NCBI GenBank assembly: GCA_030690165.1
Contig: JAUYHF010000055.1
Coordinates: 3,493 to 67,492 of the forward strand
Reading direction: 5' to 3'
Length of the DNA stretch: 64,000 nt
DNA from: Deltaproteobacteria bacterium
GTDB lineage: Bacteria; Desulfobacterota; GWC2-55-46; UBA9637
Shown: positions 38,436 to 49,692 of the stretch, piece by piece
Layout: each line of letters opens with the position of its first letter
Position numbering within the stretch: position 1 is the stretch's first letter
Notes under the pieces: generated by a model
Databases searched by the model: none
What the model saw: the letters and a program-made list of their open reading frames with translations, nothing else
Told to the model about the DNA's origin: nothing
Made by a program: the position numbers and the translations under genes

Positions 38436-40053
38436 TAACTCCCCCTTGATATATAAAATCTGTTCTTTCCGGATATTCTATTCTCTGATGGAACATGCCG
38501 ATGAGCGCCCTTTTAAAATTCCTTGCAATGGCATTAATGTCTTTTACTGTTAATTCGCATTCGTCTAATTGGCCGTCCATAAATACCCTGTTTATTATCC
38601 TTTGAACCATAGCCTGAATATTTGCCGATGTCGGGTCAGGGATGGTCTTGGATGCGGCCTCCACCACATCGGCCAGCATCACCAGACCTGCCTCCTTGCT
38701 TCTCGGTTTAGGTCCTGGGTACCGAAAATCCTTTTCGTCAACCTCGTAGATATTTATACCCTCCTTAGCCTTTGCCTTCTGATAAAAATAGCTTATGAGA
38801 GATGTGCCGTGGTGCTGCCGGATTATCTCTGTAATCTCCTCTCCAAGCCTGTGATCGTTTGCAAGCTCTACGCCTTCGGTTACATGCGATATAAGTATCC
38901 TGGCGCTCACCTCGGGCGCAAGACTGTCGTGTTTATTTTCACCCCGCATATTCTCAATAAAATATAATGGGTTTTTTACCTTGCCGATATCATGATAATA
39001 GGCGCTTACCTTTGCCAGAAGAGGATTGGCATTCACTGCCTCTGCTGCCGCCTCCACCATGCTCCCTATAATAATTGAATGGTGATACGTGCCAGGGGCA
39101 TGGAGCGCAAGTTCCTTTAACAGCGGGTGGTCCATCCTTGCCAGTTCAAGATGCCTTATATTGGTTGTGTATCCGAATACAATCTCAAATACAGGCGCCA
39201 CGCCTGTAACTATCACTGATGTTATCTGGCCGCCAATGAATCCAAAGAGGATTGTAATGACACCTTCTGTTAATGACCAGTTGCCTTTGAGAATGATAAA
39301 ACTTGCAATGACAAGCACATTTATACAACCCAGGATAAGACCTGCCTTTGTTATGGTAGCCCTTTGCGTGGCATGGCGGACAGCTTTGGCCGCTGCAATT
39401 CCGCCGATAAAAAAATATGCCGCAAGACCCAGGCTGCCTTCTAAAAACACGCCTGATATCAGACTTATTACTGCGGCAAAAATCAGCGCGGTCTCTGAAT
39501 TCAGGAAAAGCCGGACAAGCATCGGCCCTGCGGCTGCCGGCAGGAGATACAGATACGGATGAAATGGTATGACAGGAAATGCTGTTTCAATGGACTTTGC
39601 AATAAATAACGAAAGCCTGACAAGCGTGAGAATGGTTATCAGTATAACACCCATGAGGAGGATGTCCTTGGGTGATGACGCAAATTTTCTTATATTCCGC
39701 GCAGAAAAGGTGTAGGCGGTGTAAAAAAGAATTATGCTAAAAAGAAAGACGCCAACGGTAGAAATTAAAAAACCTTTGCCGTAAGAGGCATCCTGCACCG
39801 CCTTCAGTTTTTTAACCGCATCTTCTGTAATCCTGTCCCCTCCCCTTACAACAATCTCCCCCTTTTTTATATCTGTCCCCTCCAATGTGATATCATGGTC
39901 AGCCATAACATCTATGACCGCAATATCACCGGCCTTGTAGGAATAACCAAAAAGCGAAATGTTTGTAGAAAATAAAAGAGCCACAATGCCGCTAATTAGA
40001 ACAGCAGTGGCCCATCTCTGAAAAACAGGGGATTTTATTGATGCTGTGTGCAT
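38338..40053 (-). CDS. pgpH: 7TM-HD membrane phosphohydrolase (PgpH/YqfF family, c-di-AMP phosphodiesterase-like)
   Basis: N-terminal TM plus extracytoplasmic domain, 7TM bundle, cytoplasmic HD domain (HHSIIIGSMVE, YYHDIGK); operon phoH-pgpH-ybeY-dgkA. Confidence 0.8.
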   Translation of the reverse strand: MHTASIKSPVFQRWATAVLISGIVALLFSTNISLFGYSYKAGDIAVIDVMADHDITLEGTDIKKGEIVVRGGDRITEDAVKKLKAVQDASYGKGFLISTVGVFLFSIILFYTAYTFSARNIRKFASSPKDILLMGVILITILTLVRLSLFIAKSIETAFPVIPFHPYLYLLPAAAGPMLVRLFLNSETALIFAAVISLISGVFLEGSLGLAAYFFIGGIAAAKAVRHATQRATITKAGLILGCINVLVIASFIILKGNWSLTEGVITILFGFIGGQITSVIVTGVAPVFEIVFGYTTNIRHLELARMDHPLLKELALHAPGTYHHSIIIGSMVEAAAEAVNANPLLAKVSAYYHDIGKVKNPLYFIENMRGENKHDSLAPEVSARILISHVTEGVELANDHRLGEEITEIIRQHHGTSLISYFYQKAKAKEGINIYEVDEKDFRYPGPKPRSKEAGLVMLADVVEAASKTIPDPTSANIQAMVQRIINRVFMDGQLDECELTVKDINAIARNFKRALIGMFHQRIEYPERTDFIYQGGVIEGIDTKRAEGGGWDKGDKEAGKRGIKRFGLP

Positions 40054-40111
40054 AACTAAAAATAGGTTGAGGTTGAGTAATTACTATGTTGAGTTTTTCT
40101 TAACCTTAACC

Positions 40112-41110
40112 TTATGTCTCCTCTTTCTTCCTCCCCCTTCCCTCGTATGCCTTAATTATCTCCTTAACCAGCGGGTGCCTCACCACATCCTTCTCGGTAA
40201 AATATGAAAACCCTATGCCTTCAATGCCCTGCAATACCTTCTGGGCATCTACAAGGCCGGACGGCTTTGCAAGGGGGAGGTCTATCTGAGTTATGTCTCC
40301 TGTTATAACTGCCTTTGAGCTGAACCCAAGCCGCGTCAAAAACATCTTCATCTGCTCGGATGTAGTGTTCTGGGCCTCATCCATGATTACAAAAGAATCA
40401 TTGAGCGTCCTGCCGCGCATAAATGCGAGCGGGGCAACCTCTATCATCCCCCTCTCTATGAGTTTTTCCGCCCTTTCAAAATCAATCATATCGTGAAGCG
40501 CATCGTAGAGAGGTCTCAGATATGGGTCAACCTTTGCAGCCAGATCGCCCGGCAAAAATCCGAGTTTTTCTCCTGCCTCTACAGCGGGTCTGGTGAGTAT
40601 TATCCTGTCCACCTCTTTTTTCGACAGCGCAGCCACTGCCATCGCCATCGCCAGATATGTCTTGCCTGTCCCTGCCGGTCCTATGCCAAAAACAATATCG
40701 TATTTTCTTATCATATCTATATACTTTTTCTGCGCAGGACTCTTTGGCGAAATAATCTTTTTCTTAAATGATATATAGACAGTATCGGTGAATATATCGG
40801 CAAGGTGGACTTCTCTATCCGTCTCAATCGCCCTTATGGCGTAGTCTATATCAGTTGGATGAAGGGCATAGCCCTTTTGGAGCAGTTCGCACAGTTCTTT
40901 TAAAAGCCTTTCTGCCAGTTGAACCCTTTGACCCTCGCCGTGGACTACAATAAGATTTCCTCTTGTATCAAGCTTTACCCCAAGTTTTTTCTCCAGACGC
41001 TTCAGATTTTCACCTGTCTCGCCGAACAGAGAAGCGGCAATAGCATTATCCTCTATCGTAATGTGCTTAAAGATTTTTTCTTCTATGTTCAACAAGGCCT
41101 GACTCCTCAA
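40112..41110 (-). CDS. ybeZ: PhoH-like ATPase (YbeZ)
   Basis: Walker A GPAGTGKT; TTG start. Confidence 0.85.
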   Translation of the reverse strand: MRSQALLNIEEKIFKHITIEDNAIAASLFGETGENLKRLEKKLGVKLDTRGNLIVVHGEGQRVQLAERLLKELCELLQKGYALHPTDIDYAIRAIETDREVHLADIFTDTVYISFKKKIISPKSPAQKKYIDMIRKYDIVFGIGPAGTGKTYLAMAMAVAALSKKEVDRIILTRPAVEAGEKLGFLPGDLAAKVDPYLRPLYDALHDMIDFERAEKLIERGMIEVAPLAFMRGRTLNDSFVIMDEAQNTTSEQMKMFLTRLGFSSKAVITGDITQIDLPLAKPSGLVDAQKVLQGIEGIGFSYFTEKDVVRHPLVKEIIKAYEGRGRKKEET

Positions 41111-41121
41111 AAAAATAGCAT

Positions 41122-41197
41122 CACAGAGTCAGAGGGTCATAGTGTCAAAGTCTTTTCTCATACTCTGACACTTTGACTCTTTGATACTTTGACTCTT
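41122..41197. repeat. Octanucleotide-tandem hairpin element copy B
   Basis: CACAGAGTCAGAGGGTCATAGTGTCAAAG ... CTCTGACA CTTTGACT CTTTGATA CTTTGACT; abuts stop codon of GH57 gene. Confidence 0.8.
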
Positions 41198-41198
41198 G

Positions 41199-42932
41199 TT
41201 ATTTAAACTCCAGCTCTTTAAACCATGCAATATCAATGTCAGGAAAAAGGTCATCCCTTTTCTGGCACATATCAAGAAAAATTTTATCGCTATTTGAAAT
41301 ATCCTTTCCTTCGCCTTTATCCCTTGCCAACCCGGCAAGCCTTTTAAAATCCTCGTAATGCCTTACAATCCTTGCCTCTGCGTAATCCTTTGCAGAAAAG
41401 GTGCTTATAAGAAACTGCCAATCAGAGGCCTCAAGTATGAGAAGCTCTCTGGCAGCCTGTTTAAGAATATCCTGCAGCAGGTTGTCTTCTTTTTTGTTGC
41501 CGTATTGCCTTGCGATTTTTATCATCTCTTCCTCTGCCTCGTAGATATGCTTCCATGTCCACTGGTTAGTGTCATTGAGCCATATCCAGTGATAGCCTCC
41601 CTCTCCCCACGAACCTTCAGGCAGTGATATGACCTCTGTTGGTCTTTGCCTGTCAAGATATTCGCCTGCAGTTACCATGTCTATACTTCCATCAAGATGA
41701 ACGGCCTTTATTACGCTGTAAAGCCATTCAGGCCCTTCAAACCACCAGTGGCCAAATAATTCCGCATCATATGGAGATACAACAATGCCGGGCTCATTTT
41801 GAGCCTTGAGATACTCAGATAGATTTACCTTTATAAGTTCTTTAAAATGCTCAGCCTGCTCTGATGTTCTCGCGTAAGCAATTTCAGGCACATATCTTTC
41901 TTTATCCGCAAGGTCTGCCTTTGCGCTGGTAACCCTCCAGTATTTCATGCCGCCAGGAAATCGCTTTTTATGAAAATCAAGGTAATTGCCATCCCCCGGA
42001 TAGCCCCACTCCCCGCTCCAAACCTGAAGGCCGGTCTTTGGATCTCTTGTAAAAACAGCCACAGGCATTTTTCCCTCTGCCGCGGAACCAACCCAATAGG
42101 CCTTATAAGGCGTCTTCTCTGCAGCCTCAGGCAGCGGCTTATACTGTTCAGAAAATCTTGCCCAGAGATTTTGCAGGGCCTCAAATCTGTCAAGATAGAC
42201 GCCTATTGCCTTTCCGCCCTTTAACAGGTGCGCATCTATAAAGAAATACTCAATATGATTCTCGCTTAAAAATTCTTCCACACCCTTTCTGCTATAAGCC
42301 TCCACTTTGACGCCTGTATCAACCGGCGGCGACCATTTATAACCCGGCCTGTAGGCGCACTCCGGCAGCCATATACCCCGGGGCTGTTTTCCAAAATGTC
42401 TTTTATACGACGATACCCCTTGTTTGACCTGCGCCTGTATGCTTATATCCTGTGAAAGGAGCGGAAAATATCCGTGGGTTGCCCCGCAGGTGATTATCTC
42501 TATATGCCCCTCTCTCTGCATATCTGCAAAAGCCTTTACAATATTCTGTTCATATTTTTCCATGAAATCCTTGTATATGTTCCGGTAAAAGTCTTTCCAC
42601 ATCCTGGCGAGCTTTGCGAAATCAGCCTGGCCAAGGGCCTCAAACTCCTCTATATCTTTACCTGCCGCTTCCAATTTCTGGCCAAGGTATGTCTTAAACT
42701 CTGATTTAAAGGACTGATTTACAAGCATCTCTGTTAAAACAGGCGTAAGCCCAAGGGTCACCTTCGGGCTAATTCCCTCTGCAATTAAACGGTTAAAGAC
42801 GTTCAAAAGCGGTATATATGTCTCTGCCGCCGCCTCATTCAGCCAGTCTGTTCCGTGAGGCCATCTGCCGTGCGATAGAACATAAGGAAGGTGGGAATGT
42901 AAAACAAAGGTAAATGAACCAATCTTTTCCAT
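41199..42932 (-). CDS. GH57 family 1,4-alpha-glucan branching enzyme
   Basis: N-terminal FVLHSHLPY GH57 signature, 577 aa. Confidence 0.8.
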   Translation of the reverse strand: MEKIGSFTFVLHSHLPYVLSHGRWPHGTDWLNEAAAETYIPLLNVFNRLIAEGISPKVTLGLTPVLTEMLVNQSFKSEFKTYLGQKLEAAGKDIEEFEALGQADFAKLARMWKDFYRNIYKDFMEKYEQNIVKAFADMQREGHIEIITCGATHGYFPLLSQDISIQAQVKQGVSSYKRHFGKQPRGIWLPECAYRPGYKWSPPVDTGVKVEAYSRKGVEEFLSENHIEYFFIDAHLLKGGKAIGVYLDRFEALQNLWARFSEQYKPLPEAAEKTPYKAYWVGSAAEGKMPVAVFTRDPKTGLQVWSGEWGYPGDGNYLDFHKKRFPGGMKYWRVTSAKADLADKERYVPEIAYARTSEQAEHFKELIKVNLSEYLKAQNEPGIVVSPYDAELFGHWWFEGPEWLYSVIKAVHLDGSIDMVTAGEYLDRQRPTEVISLPEGSWGEGGYHWIWLNDTNQWTWKHIYEAEEEMIKIARQYGNKKEDNLLQDILKQAARELLILEASDWQFLISTFSAKDYAEARIVRHYEDFKRLAGLARDKGEGKDISNSDKIFLDMCQKRDDLFPDIDIAWFKELEFK

Positions 42933-43030
42933 AAGCCTCCTATGAATAAAAGGGTCGAGAACCCTCTAACCCTTATCCATTTTATGTTATTTTGATTTCT
43001 ATCATAAGGCTGCGCCTTTTGCAATTTCAA

Positions 43031-45817
43031 TCAATATCCAACTCCCCTTGCCTCTTCATACCACTTATCAAAGTGATGCGCTAACAGAAGTTTTGAAAAA
43101 TCTGAATCCTTATTAACTATCTCATAGACAATTGTAGGGGTTGCCGACTCAAAACCCTTAAATATTATTTCTCCTGCCTTGCATATCACATCTATCTGTT
43201 TAATCCCCTCTGTCATAAACACGCCAAACCACAATTCCAGCGCCTTAAACGGAAAGAAGAAGGTATTTTGTGTTTCTTTGTTCAATTCAGTTATCCGAAC
43301 CTCCCGCTTAAAAAAGAACCCCCTTCCGCTGTTCTCTTTAATATATGCCTTTAACGCATCCGCGCTCAATGCCTGGCCTTTATTATATATATCGCTGGCA
43401 GCGCTCAATATCCTTAGAGAGGAAAGGGGCTCGCCGGAAATAATTCTTCTAAAATCTCTGAAACATTCCTGGGCCAGCGCAGAAGCCAGGTCTTTTGCCT
43501 CAGACATATCTTTACGGATAATCATGCCTTCCAGATGCTCATCCATGCTTGGAGGCACAAGGAAACCATATGTCTTATCTATATAAACATCAAGCGGATA
43601 TTTGAGGCTTGGGTTGCGCCTCTTAATCCTTTCTTCTTCAAGAAGCCTCTCCATCTTTGCCCTTACTATAGAACTTCTCGCAGTGCCTCTGGCTGCTTCA
43701 TTTATCTTTTCTCCAATAGCCACCTTTAACTCGCCCCAGAAAGCGTCTCTCATTACAATAATCTCAGCCTTGCTGCCATAGGTAATAAAGAGACCTGCCT
43801 CCATCTCCTGTCCTATCGCAGCCTCCAATTCATCTTTATATGTTTTCTCCAGCCTGTCCTCCTTCTCCTTCAATTCTATTGCCCTGGCCTCTAATCCTTT
43901 ACCGCCGGCAGCCACAGCCTTCTCCAATTCAGCCATTTCCCTGCCAAACTCCTCTTTCATTGCCTCAAAGTTCTTATGGATGCTGCGGAGAAGCTCTTCT
44001 TCTGCAATATGATGAACCCTTCTCTCTAATTGCTCTTTATACCTCTTCATAACCAGCCGAATATCCTTTGCCAAGGCAATAAGATTGCTGACCCCGCCGG
44101 AAAATACCACGGCGTCGCCAAGCAGATTGTTCAATTTTATGTTCTTTTCATCATATGCCAAACCAGGGGCTGAAGAGCCGTATCTGCCTGCGGCCCTGAG
44201 GATGGGCTTATAGAAATTTGATTCCATAAAGTCCGCCATTATGATCTCCTTTGCCCTCAGGGTCTTCCTTGTAAAATCCTTCATGTCTACAAAGAGATGT
44301 CCTTCATCCTCTGCCTCTAACTCCTTTAATATTGCCATACTATCAGAGGAAAACCGGTAAAGCCTTCCCCTTTCATATTCCATTTTCAATGTCTCGATAG
44401 AAAACTCACCGCGCCTGTCAACCATCAATTCACGCATGGGACCGGCAAACCTCTCCACATCTTCATCAAATCTGTACGCGGTAAATGACTCTAATATGTC
44501 CCTAACGTACATGCCCCCTTTTCTTATTCCTAATAAGCCGCTAAAGGTGGTTTTTTTAACGGAGTCTATAAACTCCTCTATTGCATCTATTCTCTCTATT
44601 CTGCCTATATCCTTTTGAAACTGCGCCTTTATATTTTCTAAACCTTCCTTCAGTCTCGTCGTTATCTTTGTATCCGTAAAGAGCATCTGAATAAATCTAT
44701 TGTCCTGATATAATTCGGCAAGCATCTGGTTAATCCCCATTCCAGGGGTGTCGTAATCCAGAAGGTAATCGCCTATCAGCTGTCTTAAATGGTTTATATT
44801 GGAGAACCTGAAAAGCCCTTCTCTGAGAGACGAATCCTTTTTTATCTCATTTTCCATCATCTGGATAATACTTGCGGCATCCTGATTGGGGACAGATTTC
44901 AAATCTGTCCCCAGTGCATTGTCATAAAATGGCTTTAATAAAGAGACTACATCGGCCTGAAGCCCGTATGGATTTAAATCGCTTAAAATAATATTCCCAT
45001 GAATGGTCAAAAAACTTCTTGGTGTAAACCATTCCTCAAAAACCATCGGCGCTGCAGAGCTATTAGAAGCCGTTATTTGTCTTATTTCAGACGCCACATC
45101 CTTTACAGCAGCCTTAAAAACAAAATACAGGGCAAGCCCTGCTATCTGATCCAGCCTTTCATAACTAAGGCCTTTTATCTTTGTATTTCTTATAATGGCC
45201 TCTTTCTTCCGTATGGCAATATTTATCATAGCCATAATCGCCAGAACAGATGTCTTCTCCACGCCTTCCAAGCGCACCTCTTCAAGCACGGCCTTTCCCA
45301 ATATTCCCTTGACCAGCGCATAAAATGTCTTTCCATAACCATCCGGAGAAAGCCATGCCTTTAATATCCCGCTGTCAATAAAGGGTGTTGTTGTTAATAT
45401 TTCGCAGGCAATATTTTTTTCTACTGAGCCGGGCAGGAAATAATCTGTCCTATAAGTCTTCTCTGAGAGGGTTGTTTTTATATCAATGGTGGAAGGAAGG
45501 CTGCCTTTGATTTCGTGTTCAGAGCCTGGTTCAAAACGTCTTCTTAAAAGTATCAGCAGCGCAAGAATGGCTCTTTCTATTACAGACTCATCTTCTACGC
45601 CGAACAGGCAGGGTATCTTTAAGTCTTTTATAGACTCCCCTAAACGGAATCTCGTATAAGAAGGCTCTATCATCCACAATCTGCCTGTTTTAAGTTCAAA
45701 TCCTTTTTGTAAAATACCATCAAGGACTTTGAGCCTCTCTTTGACGAATGTATGGTAGGTATCTGTCGGCATAGAATTAGCAGGCAGCTTACAACAGATG
45801 GGTGCGCTTCGCTTCAT
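43031..45817 (-). CDS. Large hypothetical protein (928 aa), no recognisable catalytic motifs
   Basis: Long uninterrupted ORF with normal codon usage; mostly alpha-helical with a central charged coiled-coil segment. Confidence 0.6.
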   Translation of the reverse strand: MKRSAPICCKLPANSMPTDTYHTFVKERLKVLDGILQKGFELKTGRLWMIEPSYTRFRLGESIKDLKIPCLFGVEDESVIERAILALLILLRRRFEPGSEHEIKGSLPSTIDIKTTLSEKTYRTDYFLPGSVEKNIACEILTTTPFIDSGILKAWLSPDGYGKTFYALVKGILGKAVLEEVRLEGVEKTSVLAIMAMINIAIRKKEAIIRNTKIKGLSYERLDQIAGLALYFVFKAAVKDVASEIRQITASNSSAAPMVFEEWFTPRSFLTIHGNIILSDLNPYGLQADVVSLLKPFYDNALGTDLKSVPNQDAASIIQMMENEIKKDSSLREGLFRFSNINHLRQLIGDYLLDYDTPGMGINQMLAELYQDNRFIQMLFTDTKITTRLKEGLENIKAQFQKDIGRIERIDAIEEFIDSVKKTTFSGLLGIRKGGMYVRDILESFTAYRFDEDVERFAGPMRELMVDRRGEFSIETLKMEYERGRLYRFSSDSMAILKELEAEDEGHLFVDMKDFTRKTLRAKEIIMADFMESNFYKPILRAAGRYGSSAPGLAYDEKNIKLNNLLGDAVVFSGGVSNLIALAKDIRLVMKRYKEQLERRVHHIAEEELLRSIHKNFEAMKEEFGREMAELEKAVAAGGKGLEARAIELKEKEDRLEKTYKDELEAAIGQEMEAGLFITYGSKAEIIVMRDAFWGELKVAIGEKINEAARGTARSSIVRAKMERLLEEERIKRRNPSLKYPLDVYIDKTYGFLVPPSMDEHLEGMIIRKDMSEAKDLASALAQECFRDFRRIISGEPLSSLRILSAASDIYNKGQALSADALKAYIKENSGRGFFFKREVRITELNKETQNTFFFPFKALELWFGVFMTEGIKQIDVICKAGEIIFKGFESATPTIVYEIVNKDSDFSKLLLAHHFDKWYEEARGVGY

Positions 45818-45841
45818 CCATCCTACGAAACTCCTTACTGC

Positions 45842-46528
45842 TTACTGTCTTTTAATAATTCCCTCAAAAATCCCTCTCCCATCCTCTCCCCCAAGGATTG
45901 ATTCACAAACCCTTTCAGGGTGAGGCATAGCTCCGAAGACATTTCCTTTTTCGTTGATTATGGCTGCAATATTATTGACTGAGCCGTTTGGGTTGATATT
46001 CTCTGTAATTCGGCCGTCCTGAGTAGAATATCTGAAAATTATCTGGTTATTATCCTCCAGCCTTTTGATAGCGTCTTTATCCGCAAAATAATTTCCGTCA
46101 GCATGGGCAATAGGGATGTTTAATATCTGGTTTTTCTGATATGTATTTGTAAACATGGTCTGGTTATTCTCTACCTTTACATAAACATTCTGGCAGATGA
46201 ACTTAAGGCTCCTGTTTCTCATCAAGACCCCCGGCAAAAGCCCTGCCTCTGTTAATATCTGAAAACCATTACATATGCCTATAACACGACCGCCTTTATT
46301 TGCAAAACGAATCACCTCATTCATTACCGGTGAAAATCTGGCAATAGCTCCGGTCCGTAAATAGTCTCCATATGAAAATCCGCCTGGCAGGATAATACAG
46401 TCAAACCCTTTGAGGCTTGTATCCTTATGCCAGATATATTCAGCCTCCTGGCCCATAACATGCTTGGCCGCATGATAGCAGTCGTGGTCGCAGTTTGAGC
46501 CTGGGAATACGATTATGCCAAATCTCAT
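45842..46528 (-). CDS. purQ: Phosphoribosylformylglycinamidine synthase, glutaminase subunit
   Basis: Class-I GATase triad (GICNGFQ, His-Pro-Glu). Confidence 0.85.
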   Translation of the reverse strand: MRFGIIVFPGSNCDHDCYHAAKHVMGQEAEYIWHKDTSLKGFDCIILPGGFSYGDYLRTGAIARFSPVMNEVIRFANKGGRVIGICNGFQILTEAGLLPGVLMRNRSLKFICQNVYVKVENNQTMFTNTYQKNQILNIPIAHADGNYFADKDAIKRLEDNNQIIFRYSTQDGRITENINPNGSVNNIAAIINEKGNVFGAMPHPERVCESILGGEDGRGIFEGIIKRQ

Positions 46529-46782
46529 TCTATCTCTACCCTGTAGTCTTCAACAACAGTATTTGCCAGAAGTTTTTCGCACATTTCCTTAAGGCTTTTT
46601 TCCGCATCTTGTTTAGATGAGGTGTCAAGCTCAACTTCAATAAACTTGCCTATTCTTAAACCCTTGACCTCACTGTATCCCATAGATGCAAGGGCATCGC
46701 CCACAGCCTTTCCCTGCGGGTCAAGCACGCCTTTTTTTAATGTCACAAAAACCTTTGCCTTCATAAAATCTCTATCTTTCAT
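46525..46782 (-). CDS. purS: Phosphoribosylformylglycinamidine synthase subunit PurS
   Basis: 85 aa, overlaps purQ by 4 bp. Confidence 0.8.
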   Translation of the reverse strand: MKDRDFMKAKVFVTLKKGVLDPQGKAVGDALASMGYSEVKGLRIGKFIEVELDTSSKQDAEKSLKEMCEKLLANTVVEDYRVEIE

Positions 46783-48100
46783 AGACTACCCTTCCTGCAA
46801 CTATTGTCTTTACAGCCTTCCCTTTCATTTTCCACCCGTCAAACGGCGTATTCCTGCTCTTTGATTTTAATTCTTTGGCATCCACAATCCACTCCTTGTT
46901 CAAGTCAACAATTGCTATATCAGCATCGGCCCCGACTTTTAATTGCCCCTTGCTGTCAAGCCCAAACAGTTTTGCCGGATTTGCGGATAATTTTGCAATC
47001 AATTCCGACAATGTTAAAACATTATCGGAAACAAGCCTTAAACACAGAGGCAGGGCTGTTTCCAGACCGATAATCCCGTTTGCCGCCTTATCAAACTCAA
47101 CATCCTTTTCATCAAGCGTTTGCGGTGCATGGTCGGTTGCAATCGCATCTATTGTTCCATCCTCAAGCCCTCTTTTTATTGCATCAATATCTTGCATGGT
47201 TCTAAGCGGTGGGTTCATCTTTGTATTTGTATTATAGCCTATAACAGCCTCATCCGTCAGGGTAAAATGATGCGGCGTAACCTCTGCCGTAATATTTAAT
47301 CCTCTTTGTTTTGCATTTCTTACAAGCGCAACAGATCCTTTTGTGCTTATATGGGCAATATGCAATCTTCCTTCTGTAAGCTCCGCCAGTGCAATGTCTC
47401 TTGCCGCCATAATATCCTCTGCTGCATCGGGAATGCCTTTAAGTCCGAGTTTTGTTGACACAAAACCTTCATTCATAACGCCATCCCCTGCAAGACCTGT
47501 GTCTTCGCAGTGGCTTATTACCAATAAGTTAAACTGCTTTGCATATTCCATTGCCAGTCTCATAAGCCCGCTGTTTGCAACAGGCCTTCCGTCATCAGAT
47601 ATTGCAACGCATCCTGAATCTTTTAATTCTCCTATCTCTGCAAGGGTTTCACCTTTCAGTCCTTTGCTTATTGCGCCAATGGGAAGAACATTTATAACAC
47701 CTTCTTCCATTGCCTTTTTAAGTATATACCGTGTAACCGATGTATTATCATTTACCGGGTTTGTATTTGCCATGCACGCAATTGAGGTAAATCCGCCTGC
47801 TGCTGCCGCCATTGTGCCTGTCCTGATGGTCTCCTTATATTCATAACCAGGTTCCCGCAGATGCGTATGCATATCAATAAAACCCGGGCAGACAAGTAGT
47901 CCAGAGGCATCAATGGTTCGGAGTCCAGTGTCAGAGTCTTTAACCCTTTGCCCCTTTGACACTTTGACTCTTTGACCTTCTATTCTGATTTCTTTTATCT
48001 TTTCCCCCTCAATCAATACATCCCCTATCCCATCAACCCCATTTGCAGGGTCTATCACCCTTCCGCCTTTGATTAAGAACTTATTCACGGCTGCCTCCAA
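46772..48100 (-). CDS. pyrC: Dihydroorotase, carrying an in-frame repeat-element insertion near the N-terminus
   Basis: [13 protein letters not shown] metal-binding motif; insertion encodes [19 protein letters not shown]. Confidence 0.85.
   Translation of the reverse strand: MEAAVNKFLIKGGRVIDPANGVDGIGDVLIEGEKIKEIRIEGQRVKVSKGQRVKDSDTGLRTIDASGLLVCPGFIDMHTHLREPGYEYKETIRTGTMAAAAGGFTSIACMANTNPVNDNTSVTRYILKKAMEEGVINVLPIGAISKGLKGETLAEIGELKDSGCVAISDDGRPVANSGLMRLAMEYAKQFNLLVISHCEDTGLAGDGVMNEGFVSTKLGLKGIPDAAEDIMAARDIALAELTEGRLHIAHISTKGSVALVRNAKQRGLNITAEVTPHHFTLTDEAVIGYNTNTKMNPPLRTMQDIDAIKRGLEDGTIDAIATDHAPQTLDEKDVEFDKAANGIIGLETALPLCLRLVSDNVLTLSELIAKLSANPAKLFGLDSKGQLKVGADADIAIVDLNKEWIVDAKELKSKSRNTPFDGWKMKGKAVKTIVAGRVVYER
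47926..47977. repeat. Octanucleotide-tandem hairpin element copy C, inside pyrC coding sequence
   Basis: CAGTGTCAGAGTCTTT ... CTTTGACA CTTTGACT CTTTGACC; same family as 29991-30078 and 41122-41197. Confidence 0.75.
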
Positions 48101-49007
48101 GCAACAGATAAAACAGCGCCATTCTCACAGCAACGCCGTTTTTGACCTGACCTAATATCAGTGAATACGGCCCGTCAGCAACATCAGATGAAATCTCAAC
48201 ACCCCTGTTTATTGGCCCCGGGTGAAGTATGACAACATCCTTTTTTGCATTTGCAAGTTTTACAGAATCAAGGCCAAACAACCTTGAATACTCCCTCACT
48301 GTCGGGAACAGTCCTGCCTTCTGCCTTTCCAGTTGAATCCTTAATATCATTATAACATCCGCATCTTTTATAGCATCTTCTATTTTGTAAAATACCCTGC
48401 ACCCGGTTTTTTCAATGCCGGAAGGCATCATTGTAGGAGGCCCTGCAACCATGACCTCTGCACCAAGTTTTATGAAGCCGTATATATTGCTTCTCGCAAC
48501 CCTTGAATGAGAAATATCGCCTATTATTGCAATCTTTAAGCCCTCTATCTTTTCAAATCTTTCCCTGACAGTCAATAAATCAAGGAGCGCCTGGCTTGGG
48601 TGTTCATGGCTGCCGTCCCCTGCATTTATCACAGAGCACTTTACAAGCCTTGCAAGTATTTCAGACGCGCCGCTTGAAGGGTGTCTCAAGACTATGCAGT
48701 CCGGGTGCATTGCCTCAAGATTTTTTGCAGTGTCTTTTAATGTCTCGCCCTTTACAACACTGCTTGTTGACACAGAGATATTTATCGCGTCAGCGCTCAT
48801 CCTCTTTGCGGCAATCTCAAAGGATGTCCTTGTCCTTGTAGATGCCTCATAAAAAAGATTTATGATGGTTCTGCCGCGAAGCGTCGGAACCTTTTTTATC
48901 TCCCTTTCAGAGACCTCTTTAAAGGACTGCGCAGTTGATAAGATAAGTTCTATCTCGTCTCTTGCAAGATCTTCAATAGTTAATATATCTTTTCTCTTAA
49001 GCCTCAT
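48081..49007 (-). CDS. pyrB: Aspartate carbamoyltransferase catalytic subunit
   Basis: STRTR and HPxQ motifs. Confidence 0.9.
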   Translation of the reverse strand: MRLKRKDILTIEDLARDEIELILSTAQSFKEVSEREIKKVPTLRGRTIINLFYEASTRTRTSFEIAAKRMSADAINISVSTSSVVKGETLKDTAKNLEAMHPDCIVLRHPSSGASEILARLVKCSVINAGDGSHEHPSQALLDLLTVRERFEKIEGLKIAIIGDISHSRVARSNIYGFIKLGAEVMVAGPPTMMPSGIEKTGCRVFYKIEDAIKDADVIMILRIQLERQKAGLFPTVREYSRLFGLDSVKLANAKKDVVILHPGPINRGVEISSDVADGPYSLILGQVKNGVAVRMALFYLLLGGSRE

Positions 49008-49519
49008 TCAATCTCCACAGTCACATCATCCTCGCCATCTGTCTCTTTCAAGCGCACCTTTACCTTTTCCTGTACTGAGGTGGGCGCATTCTTGCCGACA
49101 TAATCCGGTCTTATGGGAAGTTCCCTGTGCCCCCTGTCTATCAGGACGGCAAACTGGATATTGGCAGGCCTTCCGAAGTCCATTATCACATTCATCGCAG
49201 CCCTGATTGTCCTTCCTGTAAAAAGCACATCATCAACAATAATAACCTTTTTATTATCAAGGGGAACGGGTATATCTGTTTCTTTTAATACCGGCTGGTC
49301 ATGCTTCATCCCGATATCATCCCTGTAAAGAGTTGCGTCAACAGCGCCGACCGGCAGGTTAACATCCTCTGTTTTATTTAATATCTCCCTTAATCTTCTG
49401 GCAATATATACGCCGCGGGTCGGAATGCCAAGGATGACGATATTTTCAACACCCTTATTCTTTTCAATAATCTCGTGCGCTATCCTTGTCAGCGCCCTTT
49501 CCATGTCCTTTTCATCCAT
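49004..49519 (-). CDS. pyrR: Bifunctional pyr operon regulator / uracil phosphoribosyltransferase PyrR
   Basis: [17 protein letters not shown]-terminus, PRTase motif [13 protein letters not shown]; start taken at internal ATG (ORF-track start 49570). Confidence 0.8.
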   Translation of the reverse strand: MDEKDMERALTRIAHEIIEKNKGVENIVILGIPTRGVYIARRLREILNKTEDVNLPVGAVDATLYRDDIGMKHDQPVLKETDIPVPLDNKKVIIVDDVLFTGRTIRAAMNVIMDFGRPANIQFAVLIDRGHRELPIRPDYVGKNAPTSVQEKVKVRLKETDGEDDVTVEIE

Positions 49520-49692
49520 TATATGTTTTCTATGCATATCAACCTTCCCCGTAAGACGGCTCTGACGCAAAAAAATACCCCCTTATTTTTTAATAGCCTG
49601 ATTAAGGAGGTATCAAAAACATTTAAGTTATATTTTATCATTTCCAATCCCTTTCTTAACCTCTCCGGGTCAAATTAAAAGGGGAGGTAGAA

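Noticed and set aside
41129-41338. 69-aa minus-strand ORF overlapping repeat element B and the GH57 3' end
   Set aside because: It is created by the repeat element. It has no RBS and overlaps a real gene.
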